Origin: a phage
Length of the DNA stretch: 64,000 bases
Direction: 5' to 3' (one strand)
NCBI GenBank assembly: GCA_019897865.1
Contig: GCA_019897865.1_4532.1
Part shown: positions 46,513-56,551 of the stretch, piece by piece
Numbering within the stretch: the first letter of the stretch is position 1
How the letters are laid out: the number at the start of each line of letters is the position of its first letter
Notes under the pieces: generated by a model
Database searches by the model: none
Seen by the model: only the letters and a program-made list of their open reading frames with translations
Told to the model about the DNA's origin: nothing
Translations under genes and position numbers: made by a program

Positions 46513-46532
46513 AGAGGGGGAATCCCCCCTCT
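46513..46532 (-). terminator. GC-rich hairpin after tailspike gene
   Basis: agaggggg aatc ccccctct perfect stem; modest U content downstream on minus strand. Confidence 0.45.
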
Positions 46533-46538
46533 ATTCCA

Positions 46539-49500
46539 TTAGGTTGTTGGCACATCTACTACTGGCGTTGGGCGAATAACCGCAGTATTACCTACAGAAA
46601 CATTACTGGAATCATTAGGTATGGTTTTAATTCTAACTCCAGCACTTGTAGGCGTTACAATTGGATCTGCAATGTCTATTTTAACTGGGTTAGTCCACGT
46701 ATCATTATCTTGATAAGGTGCACGAGTAATAACTGTGTCCAAATCTGCTCCACCTACGCCAGCACCAGGAATACGGATACGTGTCCCTGCTGACAGAGGG
46801 TAATGATACAACCAAGAAGCATTTGTTGCTGTCCCGTTAGGAGTCAAGTTCTGTGTCAGGAAGGTATCTCCTGCCTGTGTAGCTCGAATACCGAAAGCTG
46901 GGATATCTGGAATATATGCCCCACTTGTTGTTACAAGGAAGAACGTATTATCCGCTTTGACTATCATATCACCTTTGTCAAACTCTTTCCCTGTTGGGAA
47001 ATGCATTCCATCAATGTTTCGACTAGGATTAGGCTCTAAGTAATAAACTTTGCCCGTTGTCCCTACAATAGCTCCAATACCACCTGCGATATTGGTATAC
47101 ATATTAGCTTCAACATTACAGTTGACACGATGAATATCCGAGTAACGGCAACGGCTCCACTGTGGACGACCAGTAACCATCGTCTTGCCATCTGGGTAAC
47201 AGTTTACGTTAACCATTTCAAGAACAGATTTTTCTCTACGGAAGAATCCATCATAAAATGTTCCTGGACCAGATTCAGGTTGACCAACACAATCGAAGAT
47301 ATTACAGGTGATGTTAGACATTGAAAGCCAAGAAGCTATACCGAACAACTGCAATGCAGCGCAACGAATATTTTCAAAGCTAACTCTGTTTTCATAACCT
47401 GGCCCAGCGGAAACTCCCGCAAAAACACGCCCAGTTTTGGTGTGAATGTTACGAACAGAATAGTTAAAACATGGGTTTGAAGGTCTACCCTGTGCCGGAA
47501 CTACCGGATTACCCTCTTCGTCCAGAACTGCGTTAGTTCCCCACTCCAAATAAATCATACGGATATTACTTGCAAGTGTGCTACCGTCTGTTTTAGGCTC
47601 TCCATAAACACCGTCAATCGTAAAATCTTTACTTCCATACATTACAACTGCGCCAGTTGCCAAACCTGTCCCAACAGATACGGTTTGATCTGGATCGCCA
47701 TGAATGTTTTCGATAGAAATATTACGACCAACTTCTACGTGGACAATCTGACGGCAACGTTTTGCAAAAACGTTACGAATTGTAATATTCTTGCAATATT
47801 GATCATCAGGGATTCCGTAACCATATGGTCCTTTACCAGCTACACCGATACCGATACCCCAGTTGGACAGAGGAATAGGAGCGTTAGTCCCATCGATATT
47901 AGACAGGTAAATATTCTCAATCACACAACCATCATCATAATGTTTATTGATGACATTCAGTTCTATCGCATCACCTTGCATGTCCATGAAGGTAAGGTTA
48001 CGGAAGACACCGCGTGTTACTGGTTCTCCTGTCCCTTGTTGAAGGATGCCATATAACCCGTTTTTAAAAGTACAATTATCAATTTCAAAAGTACCTGATA
48101 TTGGGTTGCCTTGGAATACCAAGCTACCAACTTGACCTGCGCGAGGAGCACCGTCCCACAAACAATCGAACATGCGCACAGCACCACCCCAATACATAAC
48201 ACGAGAGTTACGGAAAGTTGTGCCTTCTACTGTAGCATTCTGCACACGATAGTCGCGTTGACCACGGAACACACCACCACGCAAAGTGATACCTTGAATA
48301 TCAAAAGAGCTTGTCGTGAAAGTCATATCGCAACCGTAAGCATCGAGAATCTTACTTTTCGAAGCTTTTGCTGCTAACAGTGCCGCCTGGAAAGCTGCTT
48401 CTGGTGTGGTATAGGTAGTTGTATTGTTAGCAAATTCTGACAAGTAGACAACATCGAATAAATCGTTGTATGTTCCACCACGAGGGGTTAACAGTCCTTC
48501 CGTATTAGTTAGAACCCATGCGTTTGGACCTAATCCACCGCTTGTCTCTAACGTGTCAGAGGCCAAAATACTTTTTGGTAAACTTCCAGCCCAACGATAA
48601 CGACCAGCACCACGTCCAATCGTCTGATTTTTAGCTGTCAGAGTTACATTATTACCAAAGCTTGTAGGCAAATGAACAAACTGTCCACGTTCAACAGCTA
48701 ATGCAGAAAGATCTACAGATCCGCCAGAATAAGTCATTACTCCAGAAACAGACAAAGATGTTAAAGTCCCTGTGATGTTAGGAGGCAATGTGTAGGAAGA
48801 TTGTGCTACTGGATCATACAGAGCTTTAATCCCTGTTAATGATTGACCCGCTGTTGCGTAAGCTACTTCATCATCCAACAAACCGTATTTACGAGCAATA
48901 GTTTGTAAAGGTACTTTATCCATGCTTTCTGTCAGTTCTTCAGTTTTTGTTTCTAAACTGACAAGACGGTTCTCTAGATTAGGATCTGTATCTGCTGAAG
49001 CTACGATTTTACCAATATAAGCGAAAAGCTTGTTTGGCAGTCCTGTTGCAGGATCGTGTCCCAAAGGTTCAGATAAGATGATCTTACTATCTTCTATACG
49101 GAAAGCTTCCCCCAGAACCTGAATAACACCATTGATCGTAACAATAGCACTATCAAAGATGTAAGGAGGACTGATTACTGTTTCATAACCAGTTGCACCA
49201 GAATATACCCAAGGTGTGACTTCTGTTGCCAATTGTTCTGTCTTCAATCCCCACAATACCCAGTTGTTATCTCCTACTGGAGTACCTTGCATAGGGATTG
49301 GGTTTACCAATGTAGCATTAGGAGCATAATAATAACCGCTCAATACCCCATTCTGAAAATAACGTAGTTGGTTAAAAACTGTTTCGTTTGTGCCTTGCGC
49401 CCAATCCAATGGGCTTTTAAAGAAAAAGTTGTCAACAAGGGCTTTTCTCAGGGTTGGTATCAACCCTGATTCTGTTTCAATACTCTCTGTAGCACTTCCA

Positions 49501-49592
49501 TTAATAACATCATGGAGTTGGTTAGATGAGAAAATAACCAGGTCTACGCCCTGTTCGAGAGACGTTGCTGGATATGTTGGGAATGTTGCCAT
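46539..49592 (-). CDS. tailspike protein with right-handed parallel beta-helix (pectate-lyase-like, putative depolymerase)
   Basis: 1017 aa; repeated NxxIxNxxG-type beta-helix rungs (IENIYLSNIDG, ITIRNVFAKRC, ISIENIHGD); N-terminal anchor region. Confidence 0.65.
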   Translation of the reverse strand: MATFPTYPATSLEQGVDLVIFSSNQLHDVINGSATESIETESGLIPTLRKALVDNFFFKSPLDWAQGTNETVFNQLRYFQNGVLSGYYYAPNATLVNPIPMQGTPVGDNNWVLWGLKTEQLATEVTPWVYSGATGYETVISPPYIFDSAIVTINGVIQVLGEAFRIEDSKIILSEPLGHDPATGLPNKLFAYIGKIVASADTDPNLENRLVSLETKTEELTESMDKVPLQTIARKYGLLDDEVAYATAGQSLTGIKALYDPVAQSSYTLPPNITGTLTSLSVSGVMTYSGGSVDLSALAVERGQFVHLPTSFGNNVTLTAKNQTIGRGAGRYRWAGSLPKSILASDTLETSGGLGPNAWVLTNTEGLLTPRGGTYNDLFDVVYLSEFANNTTTYTTPEAAFQAALLAAKASKSKILDAYGCDMTFTTSSFDIQGITLRGGVFRGQRDYRVQNATVEGTTFRNSRVMYWGGAVRMFDCLWDGAPRAGQVGSLVFQGNPISGTFEIDNCTFKNGLYGILQQGTGEPVTRGVFRNLTFMDMQGDAIELNVINKHYDDGCVIENIYLSNIDGTNAPIPLSNWGIGIGVAGKGPYGYGIPDDQYCKNITIRNVFAKRCRQIVHVEVGRNISIENIHGDPDQTVSVGTGLATGAVVMYGSKDFTIDGVYGEPKTDGSTLASNIRMIYLEWGTNAVLDEEGNPVVPAQGRPSNPCFNYSVRNIHTKTGRVFAGVSAGPGYENRVSFENIRCAALQLFGIASWLSMSNITCNIFDCVGQPESGPGTFYDGFFRREKSVLEMVNVNCYPDGKTMVTGRPQWSRCRYSDIHRVNCNVEANMYTNIAGGIGAIVGTTGKVYYLEPNPSRNIDGMHFPTGKEFDKGDMIVKADNTFFLVTTSGAYIPDIPAFGIRATQAGDTFLTQNLTPNGTATNASWLYHYPLSAGTRIRIPGAGVGGADLDTVITRAPYQDNDTWTNPVKIDIADPIVTPTSAGVRIKTIPNDSSNVSVGNTAVIRPTPVVDVPTT

Positions 49593-49595
49593 TAA

Positions 49596-49931
49596 TTACC
49601 CCTTATTCTGTGTACGTTTAACTATGTCATCTAGCATCATTTGGATAGTCGCATTCTTGAGGTCCATAATCTTTTCAATTTTTTGCTCAAGGGTGTTATT
49701 ATTTGCCATTAATGTAGAGTTAATTTGATTTAGCATCTGGGTAAGTTCGGCTTTAGTTGCATAAGTTGATTCAACAAAGACCAACTTCTTCTCTAGCTCT
49801 CGACTTTTCTCCTCCATTTCCTCAAGATCAGAGCCGAATTTATCCATTTTTTGTTTGAAAAAGAACCAGATGACTCCGATTAAAGGGATTATTGCATCCT
49901 TTGCAAGTCCCCATGCTTCTTGAAATTCCAT
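49596..49931 (-). CDS. membrane-anchored coiled-coil protein
   Basis: 111 aa; N-terminal TM helix IIPLIGVIWFFF then heptad-like helical region. Confidence 0.45.
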   Translation of the reverse strand: MEFQEAWGLAKDAIIPLIGVIWFFFKQKMDKFGSDLEEMEEKSRELEKKLVFVESTYATKAELTQMLNQINSTLMANNNTLEQKIEKIMDLKNATIQMMLDDIVKRTQNKG

Positions 49932-49940
49932 AGTGATCCC

Positions 49941-50486
49941 TTATTCTGTCGGTAATGTAGGCCAATCTATAGCGTAAGGATAGTCTTTTTGAAGCGGAAC
50001 ACGATTTAGTTTAACTACATAAACTTGAAGATTTTTAAGATAAGCTAATTCGTCTTCAGTAGCCATTTCTAAATCTTTAGCATACTGTAAAGGTGTTATA
50101 AGTGCTACCGCTGTTTCTTGTAAAGAGCGAATTTTTGCACTAGCTTGTGTCATCAACTCTTCACGGGAATACTCTTTATTCTTAAGAGTTAAGGTTTCTA
50201 AATCCAGAACCTTGTTCCTAATATCCTCAAAAGTATCTATGTTAAAGTCTACTTGTGCTATAGAAAGATCTTCAGGGCAAAGTAGTGTAGGATCAGTATT
50301 CCAAAACACAATACGATTTTGATCATCAAAAACGACTTTCATTTTATCGTTATTGAATTCTGTGCTACGTAAATCATACCAATCGTAACCTTGATCGCAA
50401 CGAAGAAAAAGAATGTTCTCTGCTTCTACCAATTCTTTTAGTTCAGGGTCTTCAGGAATATATTTTTTAAAGTTTGTAAATATCAT
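49941..50486 (-). CDS. tail fibre assembly protein (Tfa/gpG-like chaperone)
   Basis: 181 aa; C-terminal ATEDELAYLKNLQVYVVKLNRV...IDWPTLP typical of tail fibre assembly proteins; directly downstream of fibre gene. Confidence 0.7.
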   Translation of the reverse strand: MIFTNFKKYIPEDPELKELVEAENILFLRCDQGYDWYDLRSTEFNNDKMKVVFDDQNRIVFWNTDPTLLCPEDLSIAQVDFNIDTFEDIRNKVLDLETLTLKNKEYSREELMTQASAKIRSLQETAVALITPLQYAKDLEMATEDELAYLKNLQVYVVKLNRVPLQKDYPYAIDWPTLPTE

Positions 50487-51548
50487 TTAGCCTCCAATAT
50501 CGTACCAGTTTCCGTTAACGTTGCGCTGGAGGCGTTTGAAGTAAACCCCACCGATGTTATCCGCAGAGCTACGTCCTGTTTCCTGTACGATAATACCAGA
50601 AAGAACATAACCAGAAGAACAGATATAAGTCCAAGAAACCTCGTTCCCTGGTGGATAATACACACCTTGGCTAGTATAACGAATATCTCTTACAAAGGTT
50701 CCGTTAGCATAGTTGTAGTTATTTGTAATCTGACTTTGATGATTACTTTCTACATTGTTTATACGAGAAGAGAGGTTGTTGTTAACATTATTCAAGTTGT
50801 TTTGAACAGTGTTAATATTCGTCTGCAATGTGTTCTGAAGGGAAGTCAAACGAGAGTTCAGATAATCTAAACGAACTAAAGCATTTCCGTTAGAAGTGTC
50901 TTGTCCACTGTTTGATCTTGGATTATCTATTAGAACATAACCTGCATCATATAAACGAACACCTGCCGATACACTACCTGTGCTAGGATTTCTACGATAG
51001 ATGTAAAGCTGACCTCCGCTTTGATACTCGGCAGAAATCTCACCATTCGTTTGTCCTGCAAAGTTTTTGAAGAACAGTGTTGCAGGATCTGTTGTGGAAG
51101 TACCGTTAACATAAACATCACCACCATAAATAGCACCACCCGCATCACGTTTTACCAACACGTTTGGTGTTACTGTTGAACTAGTGGCATCCGTAATGTT
51201 TGCCGACAAGTGATTATGACTGTTATCTTGAACCTGGATAGATAAAGTAACTTCTTTGTTACCGTTCCAAGTAGCCTCACCAGTAGCATCACCTGCCATT
51301 GTAATCTTAGTTCCCACTAAAGGCAAGTAGGTATTAGGTAAAGTTGGAAGAAAGTCATCCACCAAATAGCGAATCCATAAACCGATATTATTAAGAATCC
51401 AGTTCATTTCTTCGCAAGTCATGATTTGACCATAATCCATACCAACTGTGCGGATGGTTTCTTTAGGTCTAATTTTGTTTGTGTTTAAAGTTCCTGGGAG
51501 CGTTACAGTTTGTGTAGCCCAGTCAGGATAATATATTGGCTTCGCCAT
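50487..51548 (-). CDS. tail fibre protein
   Basis: 353 aa; Asn/Thr-rich with coiled-coil LQNTLQTNINTVQNNLNNVNNNL; followed by Tfa. Confidence 0.65.
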   Translation of the reverse strand: MAKPIYYPDWATQTVTLPGTLNTNKIRPKETIRTVGMDYGQIMTCEEMNWILNNIGLWIRYLVDDFLPTLPNTYLPLVGTKITMAGDATGEATWNGNKEVTLSIQVQDNSHNHLSANITDATSSTVTPNVLVKRDAGGAIYGGDVYVNGTSTTDPATLFFKNFAGQTNGEISAEYQSGGQLYIYRRNPSTGSVSAGVRLYDAGYVLIDNPRSNSGQDTSNGNALVRLDYLNSRLTSLQNTLQTNINTVQNNLNNVNNNLSSRINNVESNHQSQITNNYNYANGTFVRDIRYTSQGVYYPPGNEVSWTYICSSGYVLSGIIVQETGRSSADNIGGVYFKRLQRNVNGNWYDIGG

Positions 51549-51557
51549 TTAAACTCC

Positions 51558-52187
51558 TTAATCTATTTGCTTGAGAAGCGTACACATGCGTCCTGTTTCA
51601 TCCCCAGTAGATTCCATGTACAGGGAACCTAAACCACCAATACCATGAGGCGGTTTGGTAGCATAATAAGAACTAAAACCAAAAGCTGATCCTGCTTTTG
51701 CTCCAAGACGGTAGCTACTAATAATAGGGAAAACACTTAGCAACTGCTCTAAAGCTTGATCAGATTGAAGACACAGGTTGTAGAAAAACACATCAAAGGT
51801 TTTATTCAAACCTACGTAAGTATTAAGCGTTTCACGCTCTGTTCCTGTGAAACGGGCGAAGATATCAATTATGTCACCACGAGTCCCCGATGAGGCTACG
51901 CGGTAAGCCCTGATTTTTAATATTGTTCTATACTCTTCATCATCAGAGCCATTACGTTCGATCCCCATTTCTTCTCCTAAGATATCTAGGTATTTGCCTG
52001 TGGCTGTGGAGATCAAGCGGTGTTTAGCAAGATAGATCATTGCCTGATCTATCTTTTGCTTTTCACTGGATACGATGTAGAGGAGCTTGACAATGTTAGG
52101 AGAAGATTTAAAATCTTCAATCAGAAGGTTTTTAACGTCTTCATTGATACTGGCCCAAGTTGTTACATGGTCAACACTCACTGCCAT
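51558..52187 (-). CDS. baseplate/tail formation protein (P2 gpI-like)
   Basis: 209 aa; position immediately downstream of baseplate J homologue. Confidence 0.4.
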   Translation of the reverse strand: MAVSVDHVTTWASINEDVKNLLIEDFKSSPNIVKLLYIVSSEKQKIDQAMIYLAKHRLISTATGKYLDILGEEMGIERNGSDDEEYRTILKIRAYRVASSGTRGDIIDIFARFTGTERETLNTYVGLNKTFDVFFYNLCLQSDQALEQLLSVFPIISSYRLGAKAGSAFGFSSYYATKPPHGIGGLGSLYMESTGDETGRMCTLLKQID

Positions 52188-52189
52188 TT

Positions 52190-53677
52190 TTACACTCCAT
52201 ACTCGTAAGAAATGTTATCAAGGTCAAAAGAAGGGACAACATTATAAGCAGGAACTATATTATTCTCTGTATATTTACTGTCATCCTCAGTATTAAGTTT
52301 AACATAAACACGAAGAGAAGTCAAGCGTCCAAAAGCAAGTGCTGCATAAATAACACCTTTGATTTGATCGTTCGTTACTGAAGAACCTAACTCAAAGTAA
52401 GCTTGCAGGTTTTGTAAAGCTTCTACGATGTTTTGTTTTTCTGTTCCACTTAAAGTTGTTCCGTTGACAGTTTGATAAACAAGTTTTACGGAATACATAG
52501 CAGAAGCACCAGGAGAGAAGCGAATAATTTCTTGTCCTCCATCTTCTGTTGTAACTGTTATGTTTGTTGTTCCGTGTGTCAAAGTGTTGATTGGTTTGGT
52601 TTTATAGATAACATTTGCAATTTCTTCTGCACTGCCACCATAAACTATAGTCTGGAAAGTCATAGCTGGAGCATGTTCTTGATCATGTAATGTAGGGTTA
52701 TCATAAATCTTCACCTTAGTAACACCATCTGTAAGTAGCAGAGCTTTCACAATAGCTGCTCGTGTCCCTGCGTTAGCTTCGTCAACGTTGTCATTGAAAC
52801 GAGAGCGGAATTCTGCGTCTGTCTCAACATCTCGACCAGGGGAAAATGAATAGAAGTTACCACTATCAAGATAACCTGTAAAGGTAGAAGATATCCCTGT
52901 AATAGACTCCACACCCACCGGATTGTATCCTTTCTCTGCTGCAACTACCGGAATTTCACTCCATTTGGTTCCAACTGGAACACTAGCATAAAATTTGATA
53001 GGAGTTACTAGTCCCACTGGAGTATCACTGGTTAAAGAAGTAAAACCAATTGACAAGTTACCAGAATCAGAAAATACAAGACTACGATCAGCCTCTGTTA
53101 AGTTTGCCTTGATAAAAGTTTCAAGATCGGCTATAAATGTAGAAGAACCAGGTGCAAGTGTTTTACTGTTTAGTCCTCCATCTATCGCACTTTGTGCATA
53201 AAAAGTAATATTTGGAACACCTGTAGCAGTTGCATTAGCACGAGAAATTTGATAAGCTGCAATCTTAGCATTCAACATAGTTGGTGTGCTAACATAGTAG
53301 TTCATATCGCTATCAGAGTTGAAATAAATATCTGTGCCTAACTCGTAAGTCCAAGCTGCTTTGTTATTACTTTTAACATATGCATATCCTGTACTTGCTG
53401 CCGCCCCTGCTCGATAGAAACCACGTTTAGAAAAGATTTCATCAAGATAAATACCTTCTGCACCATCCAGTGTTTGAGTATTATAAACCCCTTGCATACC
53501 TTCCCACAATGTGTAATCTGTGTATGCAATTATTCTAAACAGTTGTCCGATCACAGTATCTTCCGAAGTGGCTGCATCTGCACCAAATGTGTTTTTTACT
53601 GCTGTCATGTAGTTGTTTAAAACATCGTCAAAAGTCGGGATTACAAATCCCGCATCTGTCAAACCATATTCGTCCAT
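52190..53677 (-). CDS. baseplate J-like protein (T4 gp6 / P2 gpJ family)
   Basis: 495 aa; N-terminus MDEYGLTDAGFVIPTFDDVL...GQLFRIIAY...AEGIYLDEI...GFYRAGAAASTG fits Baseplate_J pattern. Confidence 0.6.
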   Translation of the reverse strand: MDEYGLTDAGFVIPTFDDVLNNYMTAVKNTFGADAATSEDTVIGQLFRIIAYTDYTLWEGMQGVYNTQTLDGAEGIYLDEIFSKRGFYRAGAAASTGYAYVKSNNKAAWTYELGTDIYFNSDSDMNYYVSTPTMLNAKIAAYQISRANATATGVPNITFYAQSAIDGGLNSKTLAPGSSTFIADLETFIKANLTEADRSLVFSDSGNLSIGFTSLTSDTPVGLVTPIKFYASVPVGTKWSEIPVVAAEKGYNPVGVESITGISSTFTGYLDSGNFYSFSPGRDVETDAEFRSRFNDNVDEANAGTRAAIVKALLLTDGVTKVKIYDNPTLHDQEHAPAMTFQTIVYGGSAEEIANVIYKTKPINTLTHGTTNITVTTEDGGQEIIRFSPGASAMYSVKLVYQTVNGTTLSGTEKQNIVEALQNLQAYFELGSSVTNDQIKGVIYAALAFGRLTSLRVYVKLNTEDDSKYTENNIVPAYNVVPSFDLDNISYEYGV

Positions 53678-53919
53678 TAGTCATCCTCTTTGGTAGATTG
53701 TGATCTGCCCCAGCGTAAATCAATAAGATTTTTCATGAGGCGAGAAGGAGTTATCATGAAAACAAAAGCCCAACCCATCCATTCAGGAATTTCTTTTTCT
53801 ATTCCTAAAAAGATAAACATGCCTGTCATGGTTAGCATTCCCAGTGCGTTCCACACTTTAGTAGAACTGATTTTGTTGTTTGGATAAGTACAAAACATTC
53901 CGATTAAAAACTTTCTCAT
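53677..53919 (-). CDS. small membrane protein
   Basis: 80 aa with two hydrophobic helices. Confidence 0.4.
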   Translation of the reverse strand: MRKFLIGMFCTYPNNKISSTKVWNALGMLTMTGMFIFLGIEKEIPEWMGWAFVFMITPSRLMKNLIDLRWGRSQSTKEDD

Positions 53920-54227
53920 GGTGCGTTCTCATTACTTTTTAAATCACGATATACAGCTAATTCCCCAAGGTCTACAGAACCCGCTGAATGCACAAGTACA
54001 GCAGCAGTACTAAGGCTTATAGCAGTAACCCCAGAACCAAGGTTAGCTGGTAAGGAGTAAGCACGCTGTGACACTTTGTCATAAATGACTTTGTAACCAC
54101 CTAAGTCTACACCTACAGCAAAGTAGACTACTTCATTCTGTTTAACACCAAACTTACGAGCAATGGCTTGTTTATTGGTAAGAATACCAGTGGAGCCTTT
54201 ACCACCTTGACTAAACATTTCGTTCAT
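53916..54227 (-). CDS. small protein homologous to an N-terminal segment of the 1017-aa tailspike
   Basis: 103 aa; YDKVSQRAYSLPANLGSG...AGSVDLGELAV aligns with YDPVAQSSYTLPPNITG...GGSVDLSALAV in 46539..49592. Confidence 0.5.
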   Translation of the reverse strand: MNEMFSQGGKGSTGILTNKQAIARKFGVKQNEVVYFAVGVDLGGYKVIYDKVSQRAYSLPANLGSGVTAISLSTAAVLVHSAGSVDLGELAVYRDLKSNENAP

Positions 54228-54247
54228 ATGTACCTCAAATTATTTTA

Positions 54248-54270
54248 CCCCCCTCCTTCGGGGGGTTTTT
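54248..54270. terminator. GC hairpin with U-tract on the plus strand, inside leftward late operon
   Basis: cccccc tccttc gggggg followed by TTTTT on +; on minus strand followed by UAAAAUAAU and an RBS. Confidence 0.45.
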
Positions 54271-54272
54271 CA

Positions 54273-56543
54273 TTATCTGACTACGAATTTACCAAGGCTA
54301 ATATCGTTTATCAGAGTTGCAACGATGTTTGCCAGTTGGGTGGTTGTTAACGTGTTCACATCACCACCACGCAACTGTCCAGCGTTGGTGAACGGGAATT
54401 GTTGCGGGGTTGCGCTATTGGCAAACTGGTTGTTAGCCTCATAACGTTTTGTTGGTACAGGGTTGTACCCAATACTGCCTGTGGTTGTGTCAGGAGCCAC
54501 GCAGTTCGTAATATTCACTATAGCGGCAGAACCACTACCATTTGTATATATTGGCCTGTTAACCGTTCCGAATGGTTGCACAGCTACCAGTCTGTTAACA
54601 ATAACACTCTGTGAGGCTAGCGCCTGTAAATAAGATTCTGCGCTCCCGTTGCACCCCCTCAAGTTCACATTATCAACATCTATGTGGCGGCAGTTAATGA
54701 TGACGATATAATGCCCATTTTCTGTGTTAGGGTAAGCGCCTACTATGCGAACATTTTTTAATGTTAAATCCGTGGTTGGAACCGCAGCAGGCCCACCGTT
54801 GAAAACAAACCCTTTTGCACCATTTGCAAGTGCGTGTATCGTAATGCCGTCAAACTCGATGTCGGCAAGATTAGTCGTGGTATTGGCTGAGTTTGCCAAA
54901 AAATAAACAGCCTCAGCAGAGCAACCTGATATCAAGAAGTTAGAAAAACGCATCCTTGTGTTTTCTACCGGATAGAAGCGGCATAACAAACCCTGCGAGC
55001 AGTTACGAATAACAACGTTATCGTAGGATACGTCACTAGCTCCTTCAATTGCGACACCTGCGTTCGAACTTTCTACATATAGTCCAGTAACTACTCCATT
55101 ACGGAAATTCCCTCGAAGACCGTGGCTTTCACAGTTTTTGATTGTAACGGCGTTTATGTTAACTCTTGTGATAGCAGTGCCATCACCATAACCGTTCACA
55201 AGGTCGTCTGACTGAATACGCAAACCGTTACCACCAGAGGTATTAATGCTCACATCGTTAATCATAAGATTAAGCGTACGGTTTGGGCGACGTGATGAGA
55301 AGAACAAGGATGAGGCCCAAGTGTTTCTGCAACGGATATGATGGACGTGCGCCTCTGTGGGGTCGTTAACAATAATTGCCATGCCTTGACGATTGCTGCC
55401 GTCCGGCTGTTGGATTTTCCCACGTCCACAATCGTGTGAATACAGACTGTCAGCCAACGCCCAGCGACCATAATCCATTGTTACGTTACTGTTCCACGCA
55501 CCTTGTAATTCACACCCTGAAAGCTCAAGCGTGCCAGTGGATTGCATAGCTAGCCCAACCCCAGGGTCAAATGACGCATCCTGTCGGTAGAAATCGAACA
55601 GGAAGTTGCCAACAATGCGGATGTCATATGGCGTATAGTCATATTCCTGGTTTGTTTCGTTCCAGGTTCGTGGTGATCTCAACCAGAACTGACGTGAATC
55701 AACGGTTACTTTTGGCAGCAATGGCTTGAGTCGGATGTCTCCCTGAATAATGAAGATTCCTTCAACATTCACAGGAGAATAACCAATGTAGATATTACCA
55801 GCCTTTGGCAACAAACGAGTAAGCTGTGCATCATTCTGGGCAATCTTCCATCCAGTAACTACTTCGTTAAAAAATGATGCCGGGAATAGCTCGTATGTCT
55901 CATTAATTACAGTTTGATCAAAACTGGTCACAGTCACCGATGAAGTAAGTGCAGAATCTAGCATCATCAGTTTGCCATTCACCCTAATAAACATTACTCC
56001 GGACGGGATAACATCACCGACAGACAACGAACGATTGTTCTCTGTTGGGAAGCAGGAACCACCGTAAAAACCTGATGATACGTTGGTAGAAAAATCACTG
56101 TATTTCACCCAGGCATTTGACGATACTCCGCCAGTACTATCCGGAGTAGAATTATCAGAAATAGTTTTTGGGAAAGAGCCTGCCCAGGTGTAACACTGAC
56201 CCGCTGCGATATGCCAAACCGCATCCTCTTTACTGTTTACTGTAGCGCCTTCTTCAAAGCTACCATTGACAAGGGTTAACCCTGCCTCAGCAAGACTACG
56301 ACGCCACTGTTCACGATCATTAAGAAGATTGTTATTCAACTCTTCCTGAACAGTATTACCATTTGAGGATTGTATTAAATCTGCTCCATCTGTATCTTTC
56401 AACTGGGTGGCTAAAACCACCCCAATGTCAGTAAGAAAGTTGGAAACTGTGCTTTTAACAGTTTTATCAGGTTGATCTAAAACCAGGTAATCTGAACCAT
56501 TAACTTTTGATGTTTCGGGTAAATTAGTAATTGTAGTTGACAT
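54273..56543 (-). CDS. tailspike protein with parallel beta-helix (putative depolymerase)
   Basis: 756 aa; distinct N-terminal domain; beta-helix rungs (VTIKNCESHG, VVIRNCSQG, FLISGCSAE). Confidence 0.6.
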   Translation of the reverse strand: MSTTITNLPETSKVNGSDYLVLDQPDKTVKSTVSNFLTDIGVVLATQLKDTDGADLIQSSNGNTVQEELNNNLLNDREQWRRSLAEAGLTLVNGSFEEGATVNSKEDAVWHIAAGQCYTWAGSFPKTISDNSTPDSTGGVSSNAWVKYSDFSTNVSSGFYGGSCFPTENNRSLSVGDVIPSGVMFIRVNGKLMMLDSALTSSVTVTSFDQTVINETYELFPASFFNEVVTGWKIAQNDAQLTRLLPKAGNIYIGYSPVNVEGIFIIQGDIRLKPLLPKVTVDSRQFWLRSPRTWNETNQEYDYTPYDIRIVGNFLFDFYRQDASFDPGVGLAMQSTGTLELSGCELQGAWNSNVTMDYGRWALADSLYSHDCGRGKIQQPDGSNRQGMAIIVNDPTEAHVHHIRCRNTWASSLFFSSRRPNRTLNLMINDVSINTSGGNGLRIQSDDLVNGYGDGTAITRVNINAVTIKNCESHGLRGNFRNGVVTGLYVESSNAGVAIEGASDVSYDNVVIRNCSQGLLCRFYPVENTRMRFSNFLISGCSAEAVYFLANSANTTTNLADIEFDGITIHALANGAKGFVFNGGPAAVPTTDLTLKNVRIVGAYPNTENGHYIVIINCRHIDVDNVNLRGCNGSAESYLQALASQSVIVNRLVAVQPFGTVNRPIYTNGSGSAAIVNITNCVAPDTTTGSIGYNPVPTKRYEANNQFANSATPQQFPFTNAGQLRGGDVNTLTTTQLANIVATLINDISLGKFVVR

Positions 56544-56551
56544 TTTTACTC

